A DNA stretch of 64,000 bases from Chiloscyllium plagiosum (GCF_004010195.1 NC_057733.1:25214812-25278811), one strand, 5' to 3'; positions 39,772 to 52,103 are shown, counted from the first letter of the stretch. Numbers and translations are program-made. The notes: generated by a model not told the origin, from the letters alone.

Positions 39772-41380
39772 CATTCAGGTATGACAACAATAACATGACA
39801 TTTGCACATGTGAAACAGATAGAAGACTGAAGCTGTGAATTTTACCAATTTTGTCACAAACTTCAAATGTGGTTGCATTGTAGTAAAAACAGAAGTTCAG
39901 AGAAAGCCAGAAGATCTGAGACAATTTGTGGAGAGAGAAGCAGAGTTAACATTTTAAATCCAAAATGACTTATTCAGAACAAAAACTAGCTGGAAAATGA
40001 TAGTTGTTATGCTGCTGACAGAGGGGAAGAAGGAGCTAATGGAACACATGGTCAGCTTGTCCAGAGCAAAAGACAAAGCAACCTCTAATAGTCGTAAAGA
40101 AGAGATAGAGATGTAAAATGGGAATAAATGGAGAAAATAGGTCTGCTGTGTTGAAAGATAAGTCAGTAAGAAGCAAGTAAGGTGTGCCTAGAGGAAAGTG
40201 GAGGGACTATAATCAAAATGGAGGACAGAGGATATCAATATTGAGTCGAAGAAGCTGAAAAGTACCTCGGTGGAAAATGAGGGATATTCCCCCACCTCCT
40301 TTGGAACATTGTAACAAAGACAGGACAGAAATATTAGCATGGAATGATGGGAGAATATGAGCACCTGTCTCCAGAGATGCTGCGAGACCCACTGAGTTTC
40401 TGCAATACTTTCTGTTTGTTTTTTATTTCAGATTTACAGCATCTTGATACAGTATTTTGCTTTTATTACTTACATTGTAGATGATTAAAGTTGCTCGGTG
40501 AAAATTGTTTGCTAATGTGCCTGTATGAATCAATCTTCACTTGCCACCCTGTCCCACCTAGAAAGTACAGGAAAGCTCCAGGTAAATCAGATAGAACTCC
40601 TCTGAAAACATATGCAGCCAAATAAGCCTGAAAGTCAGCAGTGACAATCCACACTACATTCTCTTAACTTGAATGTTTTGTTCAGGGGAAAGCAGATCAG
40701 GAAGGATGGAAACATTATTTATATAAAATCTGGAGCATTAAAGTAATTCATTCTCTTGCTCTGGTTGCCACTGGCTAAATTGACATTTATTATCCACTCT
40801 TGGCTGCCCTGGGAAGATGTTGATGGGCCCTCTTTGCATTCTGACATGACTGACTGGCCTACTGGACTAATTCAGAGTTCAGTTGAGAATCAGCCACATG
40901 TTGGGCAGGTAAGTTACGGACTGTAGGTTGACCTTCCTAAAAGAGGATTGCTGAACTGATTAGGTTCCTGAGCAATGGCCTAAAATTAACCAAAACCCTT
41001 ACTGATACCAACCATTTTTAATGTTGAATTCAATCTCACGCTATTAAATTGGGAATTGAACTCATGTCCTCAGGGTTACTATTTCAGCAATTTGAGTGAA
41101 TAATTTATTATAGCCGCTACCATATCATACACAGCTAGGTCAAGTTCCAGAACTAAAAATATATGTGGCAGATGGGTGAAAATACTTGTTTTAAATACTT
41201 TGTCTTACCTTTTTTTAATTTTGAACAATGTATTAGGATTACATGTTCATTGTGGAAGCTATGTGCATCGATTATAACTGTCAATAATATCATGAATCAA
41301 GTGGAAATTTCCACACAATTCTTATTATAATTAGTATTACAGAAATAAAAAAATGACTTTGCTTTTTAATTTTGTTTCAG

Positions 41381-41409
41381 CAGTGAGAAGAGAATCTGAA
41401 ATGCCAATG
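41381..41409 (+). CDS. Gene B cytoplasmic mini-exon (AVRRESEMPM)
   Basis: Strong pyrimidine tract with CAGCAG acceptor, phase 1 in, GTAGGT donor phase 0; completes TIYSAV. Confidence 0.68.
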
Positions 41410-41492
41410 GTAGGTGTGATTTCAAACATTAGTTTAGTTTTGAAGGTTTTCTTTTACTGGTTTCATCATTTTCTTTTTCTTTCTTTTATCAG

Positions 41493-41507
41493 ATACTACA
41501 TGAATAA
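41493..41507 (+). CDS. Gene B terminal coding exon (ILHE stop) followed by 3' UTR
   Basis: Long pyrimidine tract plus CAG, 83-nt intron; AATAAA at 42404-42409 and 42424-42429. Confidence 0.62.
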   Translation: MLHE

Positions 41508-42149
41508 GGAATTGCTGCTTAGCATTTGGCTGAGGTGAATAATTCCTACTTCTACCTTTGACAACTGCACTGATATCATAGGCTCATTTAAAAATATTTT
41601 TATAACATTATAATTTGAAATTAGATTATGTGAACAATAGAAGGCTGTTTACTAGCATTATTTAAAGCACTGTCACTTTCCAATGATTATGCTTACAATG
41701 CAATTGTTCAGCATAGTAATTCTGATTTACCACTGTCACTGTTCTATGCTTTTTGCTTAGTTTTCTGCTAACACCAGTAATCGTTGGACCTTTAAAACAG
41801 CAAAGTGCTAGAAACTAGAGAATTTGACCCTCAATTCTGGCTGGTGTCCTCTGAAGACGTTTCACTATTTTACAACTGTGACAGTTTATGGATCAGTGCG
41901 TGACATCACAGTGTTGTGTCCGAGAAGAAGGAAATTCTTGGTCCTGTGTACTTTGAGAAATCACATCCTACTGATTAATGATTACAGAATTATTGTGAAA
42001 GGTTTGTGCCCTGGACTCTACTTTTCACTTTATAAAAAGGGAAAGATGTGAATGTTGGAAACCTGAAACAAAGGAAAGATTTCCCTTCTTTACAAAGTTG
42101 GAAATGGATGATTATGTTAACACATGACTTGCTGTTAGTGACATAAACA

Positions 42150-42270
42150 CATTTAGAGGGATATGGGCCAAATACTGGCAAATGGGACTAGATTTATCTT
42201 GGATGGGTCAGCATGGACGATTTGGTCTGAGGAGCCTTTTTGTGTGCTGTACATCTCTTTGACTCTAAAT
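42150..42270 (+). mobile_element. CR1 3' tail fragment within the putative gene B 3' UTR
   Basis: GAGGGATATGGGCCAAAT...GTGCTGTACATCTCT. Confidence 0.8.
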
Positions 42271-42623
42271 CAGATTGACATGTTGATTTGATATTCTGTT
42301 CTAATTGTTTTTGGATCTCGCAACAAGGGAGGTAAATGTAACTATGCTTGTTAAGTCAGATATATGCAAAATTCTTGTCATTTTAGTGTGTGTACTAAAT
42401 GTAAATAAACTCAATATTTTGTAAATAAAGATTCATGAGTTACATAAATATCTTTTAGTTGAATATTAAACTACTCATATGGTGTTGCTTTACTTTTGTG
42501 AAGGAGTTTTAAAGTTAACTTGCTCAGTCTTTCAGGGACTCTGCGTTGAACCTTATCAGAAATAATCTAAGTGATTTTCTCTGAGACCCCAACAGGTCGC
42601 TCACACAAATTTTTTGAACTCAT

Positions 42624-44990
42624 GGGGAGGTGAGAGCCTAAAGGTATTATCACTACATTTTTAATCCAGAAATGTAGCTAATATCCCATGGAATTGGATT
42701 TGAACCCCACTATGGCAGATGGTGGTGTTTGAATTCAATTATTTAAAAAAATCTGGAATCAAGAATCTACTGATGACCATGAAATGATTCCCATCAGTCC
42801 CACTAATGCCCTTCATTGAAACATTGGAAACAGAGAACAGATTTCACATCTTTACAAGATTGTGCAAATGGATGATTAATACATTACTGACTGTTAATCA
42901 CTTAAAAGTAAATCAGATTGAACAGTTAGTTCTTTGACATGTTGGTTTCCTCTCATGCCATCCTCACCTGGTCTGGCTTACATGTGACTCCAGACCCACA
43001 GTCATTGGGTTAACTTTTAATTCCCCTCAGAAGTGGCTGTGCAAGCTTCTCAGTTGTATCAATCGACACAAAGTCTCTACAAAGCAAAGAAACTGGACGG
43101 TCAACCTGGCATTGACCTAGGTATCAGAAAAGATAATGGCAGAAACAGCCCCATCAACCTTGCAAAGTCCTCCTCACGAACATCTTGGGCTAATGCCAAA
43201 ATTGGGAGATCCATCTCAGAGACTAGTCAAACTGACATAGTCACACTTATGGAATTATACCTTACAGACAATGTCCAGACATCACCATTACCATCCCTGT
43301 ATATGTTCTGTCCATCAGCAGGACAGACCCAGCAGAGGTGGTAACACAGTGTTGTACATTTGGAATGGATTTTCTGTAGGAGTCCTCAAATTGACTCTAG
43401 ACCCCATGACATCTCATGGCTTTAGGTTAAATATGGTTAAGGAAACCTTCTGATGATTACCAAGTACTGTCCTCCCTCAGCTGATGTTGAACTACACTTG
43501 GAGGAAGTACTGAGGGTGGGAAGGGCACAAAATGTACTCTGGGTGGGGGACTTCAATGTGGCAACATTACTGATTGAGCCCGTTGGGTCCTAAAGGGCAT
43601 GGCTGCTAGACTGGGTCTGCAGCAGGTAGTGAGGGAATCAGCTGCAGATGAATCTGTCCATGACAGTATCAATAAGAGCAACCACTGCACAGTCCTTGTG
43701 GAGACAAAGCCCTGACTTCACATTGAGAATACCCTCCATTGTGTTGTGTGGCACTATCACTATGCAAAATGTTCAGACTTCGAACATATAGCAACTCATG
43801 ACTGGGCATCCGTGAGGCGGTGTGGACCATCAACAGCAGCAGAATTGTACTCCAGCACAATCTGCAACTTCTTGTCCCCCAATCAAGCCAGGAAATCAAA
43901 CCTGGTTCAAAGGAGACTGCAGGAGGGTAAGTCAGGAACAGCACCAGACATACTTAAAAGTGAGGTGTCAGCCTGGTGAAGCTACCAATTAAGATTGTGT
44001 GCCAAACAGCATAAGTCGCAAAATGATAGACAGAGCTAAGTGATCCCACAACCAACAGGTCAGATCCAATTTCTGCTGTCCTATGGCATCCAGTGTTGAA
44101 TGGTGGATAATTAAACAATTTACTGGTGGAGGAGGCTCTACAAAGGTGGAAGTGGCCATACGTTAAGGTTGAAGAATTTGTAACAATCTTCAATCAAATG
44201 GATGATGAATCTCAGCCTCCTCCAATGGTCCCCAGCATTACAAATACTGGTCGTCAGCTAGTTTGATTCACTCCATATGATATCAAGAAACAAATGGAAG
44301 CAATAGATATTGCAAAGGCTATGGATCCTGACAACATTTCAGCAATATATTGAAGACGTGTACTCCAGAACCTGCCCATCCCCTAACCAAGCTCTTTCAA
44401 TACAGTTACAACACTGGCATCTACCTGACAATGTGGAAAATTGCCATGGTATGTCCTGTACACAAAAAGCAGGACAAAACCAGCCTGGCCAATTACAGCC
44501 CCATCAGTCTACTCTTGGTCATTAGCAAAGTGATGGAAGGTGGCATCAAGAGTGGATAAGTGCACTTGCTTGGATAAGTGCAGCTTAAACATTGAAGAAG
44601 CTTGACACCATCTTGGTCAAAGCAGCCTGTTTGATTGGCACCACATCCACAAGTATCCCCTTCTCCTACACTGACACTCAATAGCAGCAGCTTTTACTAT
44701 CTACAAGATGCACTGCACAAATTTACCAAACATCCTTCAATAACACCTTCCAAATCAATGACAATTTCAATCTTGAAGGACAAGGGTGGCAGATACATGG
44801 GAGCACCATGTTCCCTCACTGTCGCTGGGTCAAGATCCTGGAAATCTCTCCCTAAGGGCTTTGTGGGTCAACATACAGCATATGGACTCCAATGGCTCAA
44901 GGAGGCAGCCCACCTCCTCAAGGGCAACGTGAGGTGGACAATAATTGTTGGCCAGCAGCAATTCCTAACTCCTATAAGGGAATAAATAAA
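42624..44990 (+). mobile_element. Internally deleted non-LTR retrotransposon (CR1/L2 group) with tRNA-like head
   Basis: Endonuclease motif WVGDFNV, KLFQYSYNTGIY...ANYSPISLL, shared 3' tail; head matches the SINE at 49260. Confidence 0.8.
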
Positions 44991-46524
44991 TGAAAAAATA
45001 AAAACACATCTCATTATATATGCATCACACCCCTATTGTGTCCCACTCATCGCTTTCTACCACTCATCACAGGCAGAAATAATGGCCCCTGCCAGGAACT
45101 CACAGGATCCCTGGCATTGGCACCTACTTTAAAGCCCAATCTTGCACATATTCAAACACTGTCAATCCAGAACCGCCAGGCACAGCTGATTTAATTGCCC
45201 TGGACATGTTGGACACAGGGTAGGTGAGACAGCACTTTGCCAATGGGGACAGAGAGGGACATGCTGTTGCTACCCAAGGATCAAGCTCTGAGATGTTGCC
45301 AACTCCTGGAGGTGTGGAACAAAAATTGGTGCCCTGGACTTACTTGGTAATTGCTTTGACTTTCATGTTGGGAATATTGTCTGCATTTCTATCCAGCGTA
45401 TGGAGAATATGAAACTGCATATCGGTGAGATGATGTAACAACAAGAATGCATATAAACAAATTCTCGCTATTGACTGTTGAGAATCTCATTTCACCATTC
45501 AATATGTGGTTGGAAAATGGAACTTTTTCTCTCAATGACAGGAAACTCCGCACAGCCAATTTCATGCAATTTTCCCAGCTTTCTCAAGAATGCCACATCA
45601 TTCAGTACTTGGGATGATCCCCAAGATTTTAAACCAATACATGTCCCTGGAATGTTAATATACTGAGGGGTTTATGACTGGAGAGAGAAAACATTAAGCC
45701 ATTCGCTTAATAGTAGATAGTATGAACAAGTTGTGTTTAAGTTTAGTTCAAACATTTAAGAATGAACTGATGGTCAGATGTAAGCATAGTCTTTCCTAGA
45801 AAAGGAAATTGTTCTGAATGTTTCTCAAAATACATTGTCTCAGTGAAAGAATGAAGTTTGTGAAGTTTCTAAGCCAAACATGTTTGGTTAAAATGGTGCA
45901 AATTATTAAAAGACTGAGGAAGTTTAAGCTTTCAGTCATGTCAGAGGACAAGAATAAAGGTCTAACAGCTCACAGGACTGGAACAGAGAAAAAAACAGTT
46001 GCTTTAAACCTACAAGTTTGATCGGGAAGGAATTTCTCCACACGTTGAGTAAATGTAAGGTGATAAATGGAGTATAAATGGAATTTGTTTTGCTGTGTAT
46101 TTTAAAATCTTTCAAATGGTGATATACGGAGAGCCCTTGGATCATGTATTGTCAAAATTAAATCTGAAACCCACATGCTTTGATTCAGTGAAAGTCCACT
46201 GTGTTTAAAAAAAAACAAAATATGATTTATCACGCCAAATTTCAATCTAGAATCTGATTTGTCCATCAGCAACATGATCTCTGATCTTAACAAGAACATT
46301 TTAATTAGTTCCATTTTGGAGAAATTTATTATGTGCAAAGATTAAGTTTAATGAATATGTTCTCTTGTTTTATCTGCATTTATACAATTACAGGCTTTAA
46401 AAAAACAAGTCCAAAGCATTGGTGCCTTCCAGGTGTTCCTGAAGAGGCGATTTGTTATTCAAAACCTGTCAAATAATAATTGCATAAACTAAGTATTTGG
46501 CCATCCAAATCAAAAAGAATGTAA

Positions 46525-47010
46525 ATGCGCTGGAGGCAGGTCAGAGAAGGTTAACCAGATTAACTCCAGAGGTGAAATGTTTGTCTTAAGAGGAGATTGA
46601 GCAATTTAGAAGAATGACATCTACTTGAGGCATGAAAGGTCCTGAAGGAGATGGATAACGTAGACATAGAGTGGACGTTTCCCTTATGGGGAAGCCTAGA
46701 ACAAGAGGTCATAATTTTAGGATAAGAAGTGGCAGATTTAAATCATAGATGAGGAGAAATTGTTTCTCTCAAAATTTCCTGAGTCTGCAGAATCCATTAC
46801 CTCACAGTGTGATGGATACCAGGACACTGAATACATATAAGGAGGAGACAGACAGATTTTTAAATACAAATGGGTTAAAGGATTACAGGAAGAGGGCAAA
46901 AATGTGGAGTTGAAACTGAGAAGAGATCAGTCATGGTTGTATTGAAAAGCAAAGCAAGTTCAAGCAGCTGAATTGCCTACTCCTACTCAAACTTCTTACA
47001 TTCTTATGTT
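46525..47010 (+). mobile_element. CR1 LINE 3' fragment
   Basis: Decayed ORF2 C-terminus and TTCTTATGTT tail. Confidence 0.75.
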
Positions 47011-47150
47011 CAAATGGCACATTGTGACTTTAAACAATGTGTCTTTTGAAGCTCATACTCTTAATAGGAACACTAATTTCATAAGGAATGTCAAAGCCAA
47101 TATTGGTTTTTACATTCCATCTTTCCCCTTCAGAAAGCTTGTTTCATGGG

Positions 47151-47834
47151 TGATATAACTCCACAGAGGCCAATATCCCATCCCCAGGTCACCCTTTATT
47201 TACACATGGAATGTCCTTGACACTGATCTGTCTCCTTCAGAGCTAGTTCTCAGACTGAACAGGTTGTCTGACACTCCTGTTTTTCTGTCAGCCAGGTTCA
47301 GTGATGGGACCAGATTAGCAACTGAAAAATGTGTTGCTGGAAAAGCGCAGCAGGTCAGGCAGCATCCAAGGAGCAGGAGAATCGACGTTTCGGTGATAAG
47401 GTGGGGGGAGGGGAAATGAGGAAGCTGGAGAAATCTGCATTCATCCCTTGTGGTTGGAGGGTTCCTAGGCGGAAGATGAGGTGCTTTCCCTCCAGGCGTC
47501 GTGTTGCCATGGTCTGGCGATGGAGGAGGCCAAGGACCTGCATGTCCTTGGCAGAGTTGGAGGGGGAGTTAAAGTGTTCAGCCATGGGGCGGTTGGGTTG
47601 GTTGGTGCAGATGGTGCAGATTTCTCCAGCTTCCTCATTTCCCCTCCCCCCACCTTATCTCAGTCTCAACCCTCAGACTCAATGCTGCCTGACCTGCTGC
47701 GCTTTTCCAGCAACACATTTTTCAGCTCTGATCTCCAGCATCTGCAGTCCTCACTTTCTCTCAGATGAACAACCCTAATCAGGGAGCTCATATTCTCTGA
47801 GGTCCACCTGGCTGAACTCATTGTAATCACTACA
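47151..47834 (-). mobile_element. Solo LTR (Gypsy-like) interrupted by a Penelope insertion
   Basis: TG...CA termini, imperfect 5-bp TSD ATGGG/TTGGG, AATAAA on the minus strand. Confidence 0.55.
47322..47760. mobile_element. Penelope fold-back element with GIY-YIG fragment
   Basis: AEHFNSPSNSAKDMQVLGLLH...LIFRLGTLQPQG on the minus strand; nested inverted arms. Confidence 0.85.
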
Positions 47835-49259
47835 TTGGGTCCATATCTGATAAGTTGTCAGCATGTTCTATAACTCATATCAGCTCTGACAATAAATATT
47901 AGCAAGTTATTAACATCGGGAGGTTTATGGATCTCTCAAGAATTTGTTTCTGCTGATGATGTAGCCTCCCCCAGTCTTGTCAAGATTTAACACTGGGGGT
48001 TGTCAATGTGCTTTACTATTTCAGACAGTAAATTAGAAATTAATGATGTGCAAAGAATGTCAATCAACTTTGTTTTGAGTAGAACTGTTTGTGTACACCT
48101 TCTGGATTTTATATTTTGTTGCCAATACAGCTGCAAAGGACTGAGAAATGCACATTTCCAATGATAGTTATATAGCAATGATGAACATGATTGTCCTAAG
48201 CTAGACAGATAAAAACTGGGCTGTTGTCATATTGGATGCCTCATTTCAAACACCATCCCCCTCCCCATGATTCCAACCAACCTTGCATTGGCTGTTCACC
48301 ATTTTTCATGACATTAAACTGATTGAAATCCAAAGGAGACTAGCCCATTCATATTGTCCCTGAGCTTCAGGGTTCAGACTTCAAATTGGCTGCATCTTCA
48401 TACTGCTAGCTCAGGTTGCCAGTTCCCATGTGCTGCCTCTCTTACAATTCCAGCATGGTCCAGGACCATTTCCATCACAATAGTCAGTTATGGTCTGCTC
48501 ACTCCATCACCAACTGAGACCAGTTAGCTCAGACCAAATCTCATCCCTCTCTCTGCACCATGCCTTATTAAAGTTAGTTCCAGCTGTGATCTACGCTCTT
48601 TTTATTGCTTACTCCATTCTCACGAAATACCTAAACCCCAAATCTCTCTTACTGCCCCATTTAGTTATCATTGTAAATTTGTATCTATTTTTAGCAATCC
48701 TACCTTTGAGCTTTAGGCATGTTAGTACAAGCCCCTCCAAATCCCCCACCCACAGTGCTACAACGCCAGCATCACCCTTTGTCTTCAATCACTATTCATG
48801 CTCACTTTGCAAACTATTTAGCTGCTCCCAAAGCCAAACTCCCTATTTTCTCCAAGGGATTTGGAATACCTTATACCAAAAATGTGTGGTCATCTGCTTT
48901 GTAAATTTTATTTGAATTACCCTACCCTCTGACAGCTTTAACATAACATTAACCAAAACCTGCACAATGACCTTCTCTGTGAGAGTGATTGTGGCTGTGG
49001 AACTCTACACATTCTTCACAATCTGGAACATTCCATACAACCAATCAAAACACTCTCCTTCTGCTCCTCCCCTCTGTTGTTCTACCCAATGGGAGGGCCT
49101 TGACTTGTTCCAACTGAGCTCCTAATTCCAAAGTCAAATCTTGAAAATGCTTTCACAGTTTTTATTTTGGCAGACTATCTTTCACATAATGCTGTAATTG
49201 TTTTGGGTTTGCACTCCATTTAAAGTCTTTCATTAAAGGAATAGTTCATTCAATAGTAG

Positions 49260-49748
49260 AGGAGGAGGCAATGGCCTAAGGATACTATGGCTAGACAATC
49301 ACCTGATGAAGGAGTGTCGCTCCGAAAGCTAGTGTGCTTCCAATTAAACCTGTTGGACTATAACCTGGTGTTGTGTGATTCTTAACTTTGTACACCTCAG
49401 TCCAACACCGGCGTCTCCAAATTATGACTAGACTAGTAATCCAAAGACCCAGGTAATGTTGTAGGAACCTGATTCAAATCCTACTATAGCAGATGGTAGA
49501 ATTTGAGTTGAAATAAAAATCTGGAATTACAGATCTAATGATGGTCATGAAACCATTGTAGGGAAAAACCCATCTGGTTAACTAATGTAACTTAGGGAAG
49601 GAAAATGTCACACTTACCTGGTCTGGTCTACATGTGACTTCAGACCCATTGCAATGTAGTTGACCCTTAACTAACCTCTGGGCGATTAGGAATAGGCAAC
49701 AAATGCTGGCCTAGCCAGTGACATTTGCATCCTGTGAATAAATAAAAA
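49260..49748 (+). mobile_element. tRNA-headed SINE sharing head and tail with the LINE at 42624-44990; contains a Penelope pLTR insert at about 49297-49430
   Basis: GATTCAAATCC B-box-like motif, CCTGGTCTGG.CTACATGTGACT block, AATGCTGGCCTAGCC tail. Confidence 0.75.
49303..49331 (+). ncRNA. Minimal hammerhead ribozyme core (Penelope pLTR)
   Basis: CTGATGA-A-GGAG..CTCC-GAAAG-CTA with CAC/GTG helix I. Confidence 0.6.
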
Positions 49749-50800
49749 CATTGAGAAAATAGCTTCACCTTGGGAAATAAAACTAGACACTTCTAATGTT
49801 AGCAAGTTTTGAGAAGATTTGAGAAAAGAACCTTCCAGCTCAGCGAGCAATCCTACATCTACAACACTTCTAATTACATCCTTCTGTGTATTTTACAAGG
49901 AGTCAATTACTTTTGCACAACACTGATCATTGTGTAGCCAAATTTGCACATTAAGTATCACAGAAACAGTTTGGTTGATTACAATTCTGCAGCTACTGAC
50001 AGCACACAGTACCTCATGGATGCCCAGTATTAAGCTGCTAGATGTGTCCAAAATCTGTCCCATTCAACATGGTGGGTGGTGGGGTGGTGGGGTGGGGGGG
50101 TGGGGTGGAAACAACATAATGGACACTATTTTCAAAGAGAAAATGGGATTGCTTTCCCACAAGGACTCTTATAGATACTGTCATGCTCCAATGTATCTAC
50201 TTCTCGCTAGACTGGTGTGGAGCAGGTCAAGTAGATTTTTCTCTTCTTGGTTCTCTCACCACCTGGTGCAGTCCCATTGAGCAGATATGTTTCTAAAGAT
50301 TTGGCTGGCTTGATTGGTAGCTTGGTTGGTAGTGGTGTTTCTGAGCCATTCTTAACGATAGACATTGTAATCTCCCATTCAGAGAAGAAACATTTTATAT
50401 ATTATCCATAACTGTTTTGAATCAACCTGTTCAGTGATATCATTACAAACATCAGGAGCAGGTGGGACTTGAATGCAGGCCTCATGGCTCAGAGACAGGT
50501 ACACTACCACTCAGAGTACACAATGTGCTCTTGGCATCCTCAGTGACGTTTCTAATTGGTGCTCAACATAGAGGAGTACTGATTCATTAACCAAGTGAGG
50601 AATGGTACATGCTAATTAGTAGGAGGTTTCCTAGCCCATGTTTGACCTGACATGCGATTTAGTAGAGTCCAGAATCAATATTGAGACTTCTGTGACAGGA
50701 CCTTCTCGATTACATACCACTGTGCTTCCCACTATGGTGTGCCTGTCCTGCCAGTAAAACAGGCTATACCAGGGATTTGATGGTAGTATCTGAGACATTA

Positions 50801-50974
50801 GGTGAAAGTGGAGATCAGAGTCAAGATTAGAGTGGTGCTGGTAAGGAGAATCAACGTTTCAGGCAGAAACCATTCATCAGATTCCTGATGAAGGGCTCCT
50901 GCCCGAAACGTCGATTTTTCTGCTCCTTGAATGCTGCCTGACTTGCTGTGCTTTTCCAGCACCACTCTAATCTT
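50801..50974. mobile_element. Penelope-derived fold-back element
   Basis: 15-bp TSD GTATCTGAGACATTA at 50786-50800 and 50975-50989; back-to-back hammerhead cores. Confidence 0.85.
50885..50912 (+). ncRNA. Minimal hammerhead ribozyme core
   Basis: CTGATGA-A-GGGC-TCCT-GCCC-GAAAC-GTC. Confidence 0.65.
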
Positions 50975-51804
50975 GTATCTGAGACATTATCTGTAACATA
51001 TGATTCCATGTTTATGACTATATTTTGCTATTGCTCAACTTGCCTGTAAGCCAATGCTGTCAGTTTTTAAATAAGGCCCTCAATGTTGGCAATGAGGACT
51101 TTGCAGAAATGACAAGGCTGTGTACACTGTTGTTTCCAATGCTGGGTTGTTCATCTAGTTGTGTTCCTTCTATCAGATGTTGTAGCAATTGGATGCATTT
51201 CAGTGGCTTGCAAGGCCATGTCAGAAGGCATTGTCAAACACATGGTATTGGTTTTATGGTCACCGCTGGACTCGCTTATTTTTACAGATTGGTTAATTGC
51301 ATTCAAATATCATCACCTGCCATGGTTGCATTCGAACCATGTCAGCTGAAAATTTGGCTGGGTCTCTGATTATTATCCCAGTGACAATACTGCCACATCA
51401 ACTGCATCCTGGCCTAACCTAATTGCTCAGCTCCTGACTATCTACTATCCCAACTACTATCCACTATCTCCAAACATCCAGCCCTCTAACTAGACTACTG
51501 AACATTCTCCCACCCACCTCCCCTGTCCACTGACTGCCCAACTGCTCGAGTACCCAGCTACACAACTTCAATACTGATAATCTGATTATTCACAACAGAA
51601 TCACCATTGCCCAGAAGATCTGAGCTATCCTTTCAGCATCTATGAACCACCTCAGATTCTTATTTGTCACCATAATATTACATCTCATGTCTGTTAACAC
51701 AACTGAAGTAGGGCGATACTTTTAGCACCCCCCCCCCCCCGATTGTTTGCAACATTATCTTTATTTGTTTTAGCATAGAGTTATCACACTTCAACTAATC
51801 TTAG

Positions 51805-52103
51805 CTGAAAATGTGTTGCTTGCAGCATCCAGGGAACGTTTTGGGCATAAGCCCTTCTTCAGGAATCCACAAACCTGACTGCCCCAGCCGACCCATTGTC
51901 CCAAAATCCACAAACCTGACTGCCCCGGCCGACCCATTGTCTCCGCTTGCTCCTGCCCCACCGAACTCATCTCCGCATTCCTGAAGAAGGGCTTATGCCC
52001 GAAACGTCGATTCTCCTGTTCCCTGGATGCTGCCTGACCTGCTGCGCTTTTCCAGCAACACATTTTCAGCTCTGATCTCCAGCATCTGCAGACCTCACTT
52101 TCT
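51805..52103. mobile_element. Penelope fold-back element with RT fragment
   Basis: PKIHKPDCPGRPIVSACSCPT Penelope RT motif, partly duplicated; 16-bp TSD CTTCAACTAA(T/A)CTTAG. Confidence 0.88.
51981..52008 (+). ncRNA. Minimal hammerhead ribozyme core
   Basis: CTGAAGA-A-GGGC-TTAT-GCCC-GAAAC-GTC. Confidence 0.65.

Larger units (their letters stand above)
50170..51110 (-). mobile_element. Decayed LINE of the 42624 family, with Penelope insert
   Basis: Reverse-complement similarity to the 43150-43650 endonuclease region. Confidence 0.6.

Noticed and set aside
40686-40726. Alternative phase-1 terminal exon for gene B (GESRSGRMETLFI stop)
   Set aside because: Weaker acceptor than 41381 and lacks the R[RK]ES motif shared with gene A; not excluded
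12140-41507. Assigning CD274, PDCD1LG2 or CD276 gene symbols
   Set aside because: C domains resemble them, but V domains and tails differ and no synteny markers are in the window
45224-45412. ORF ending in a hydrophobic TM-like stretch (possible third paralogue exon)
   Set aside because: No pyrimidine-tract acceptor and no Ig exons nearby; likely chance
50071-50108. G-rich run with G-quadruplex potential
   Set aside because: Low-complexity tract with no functional context
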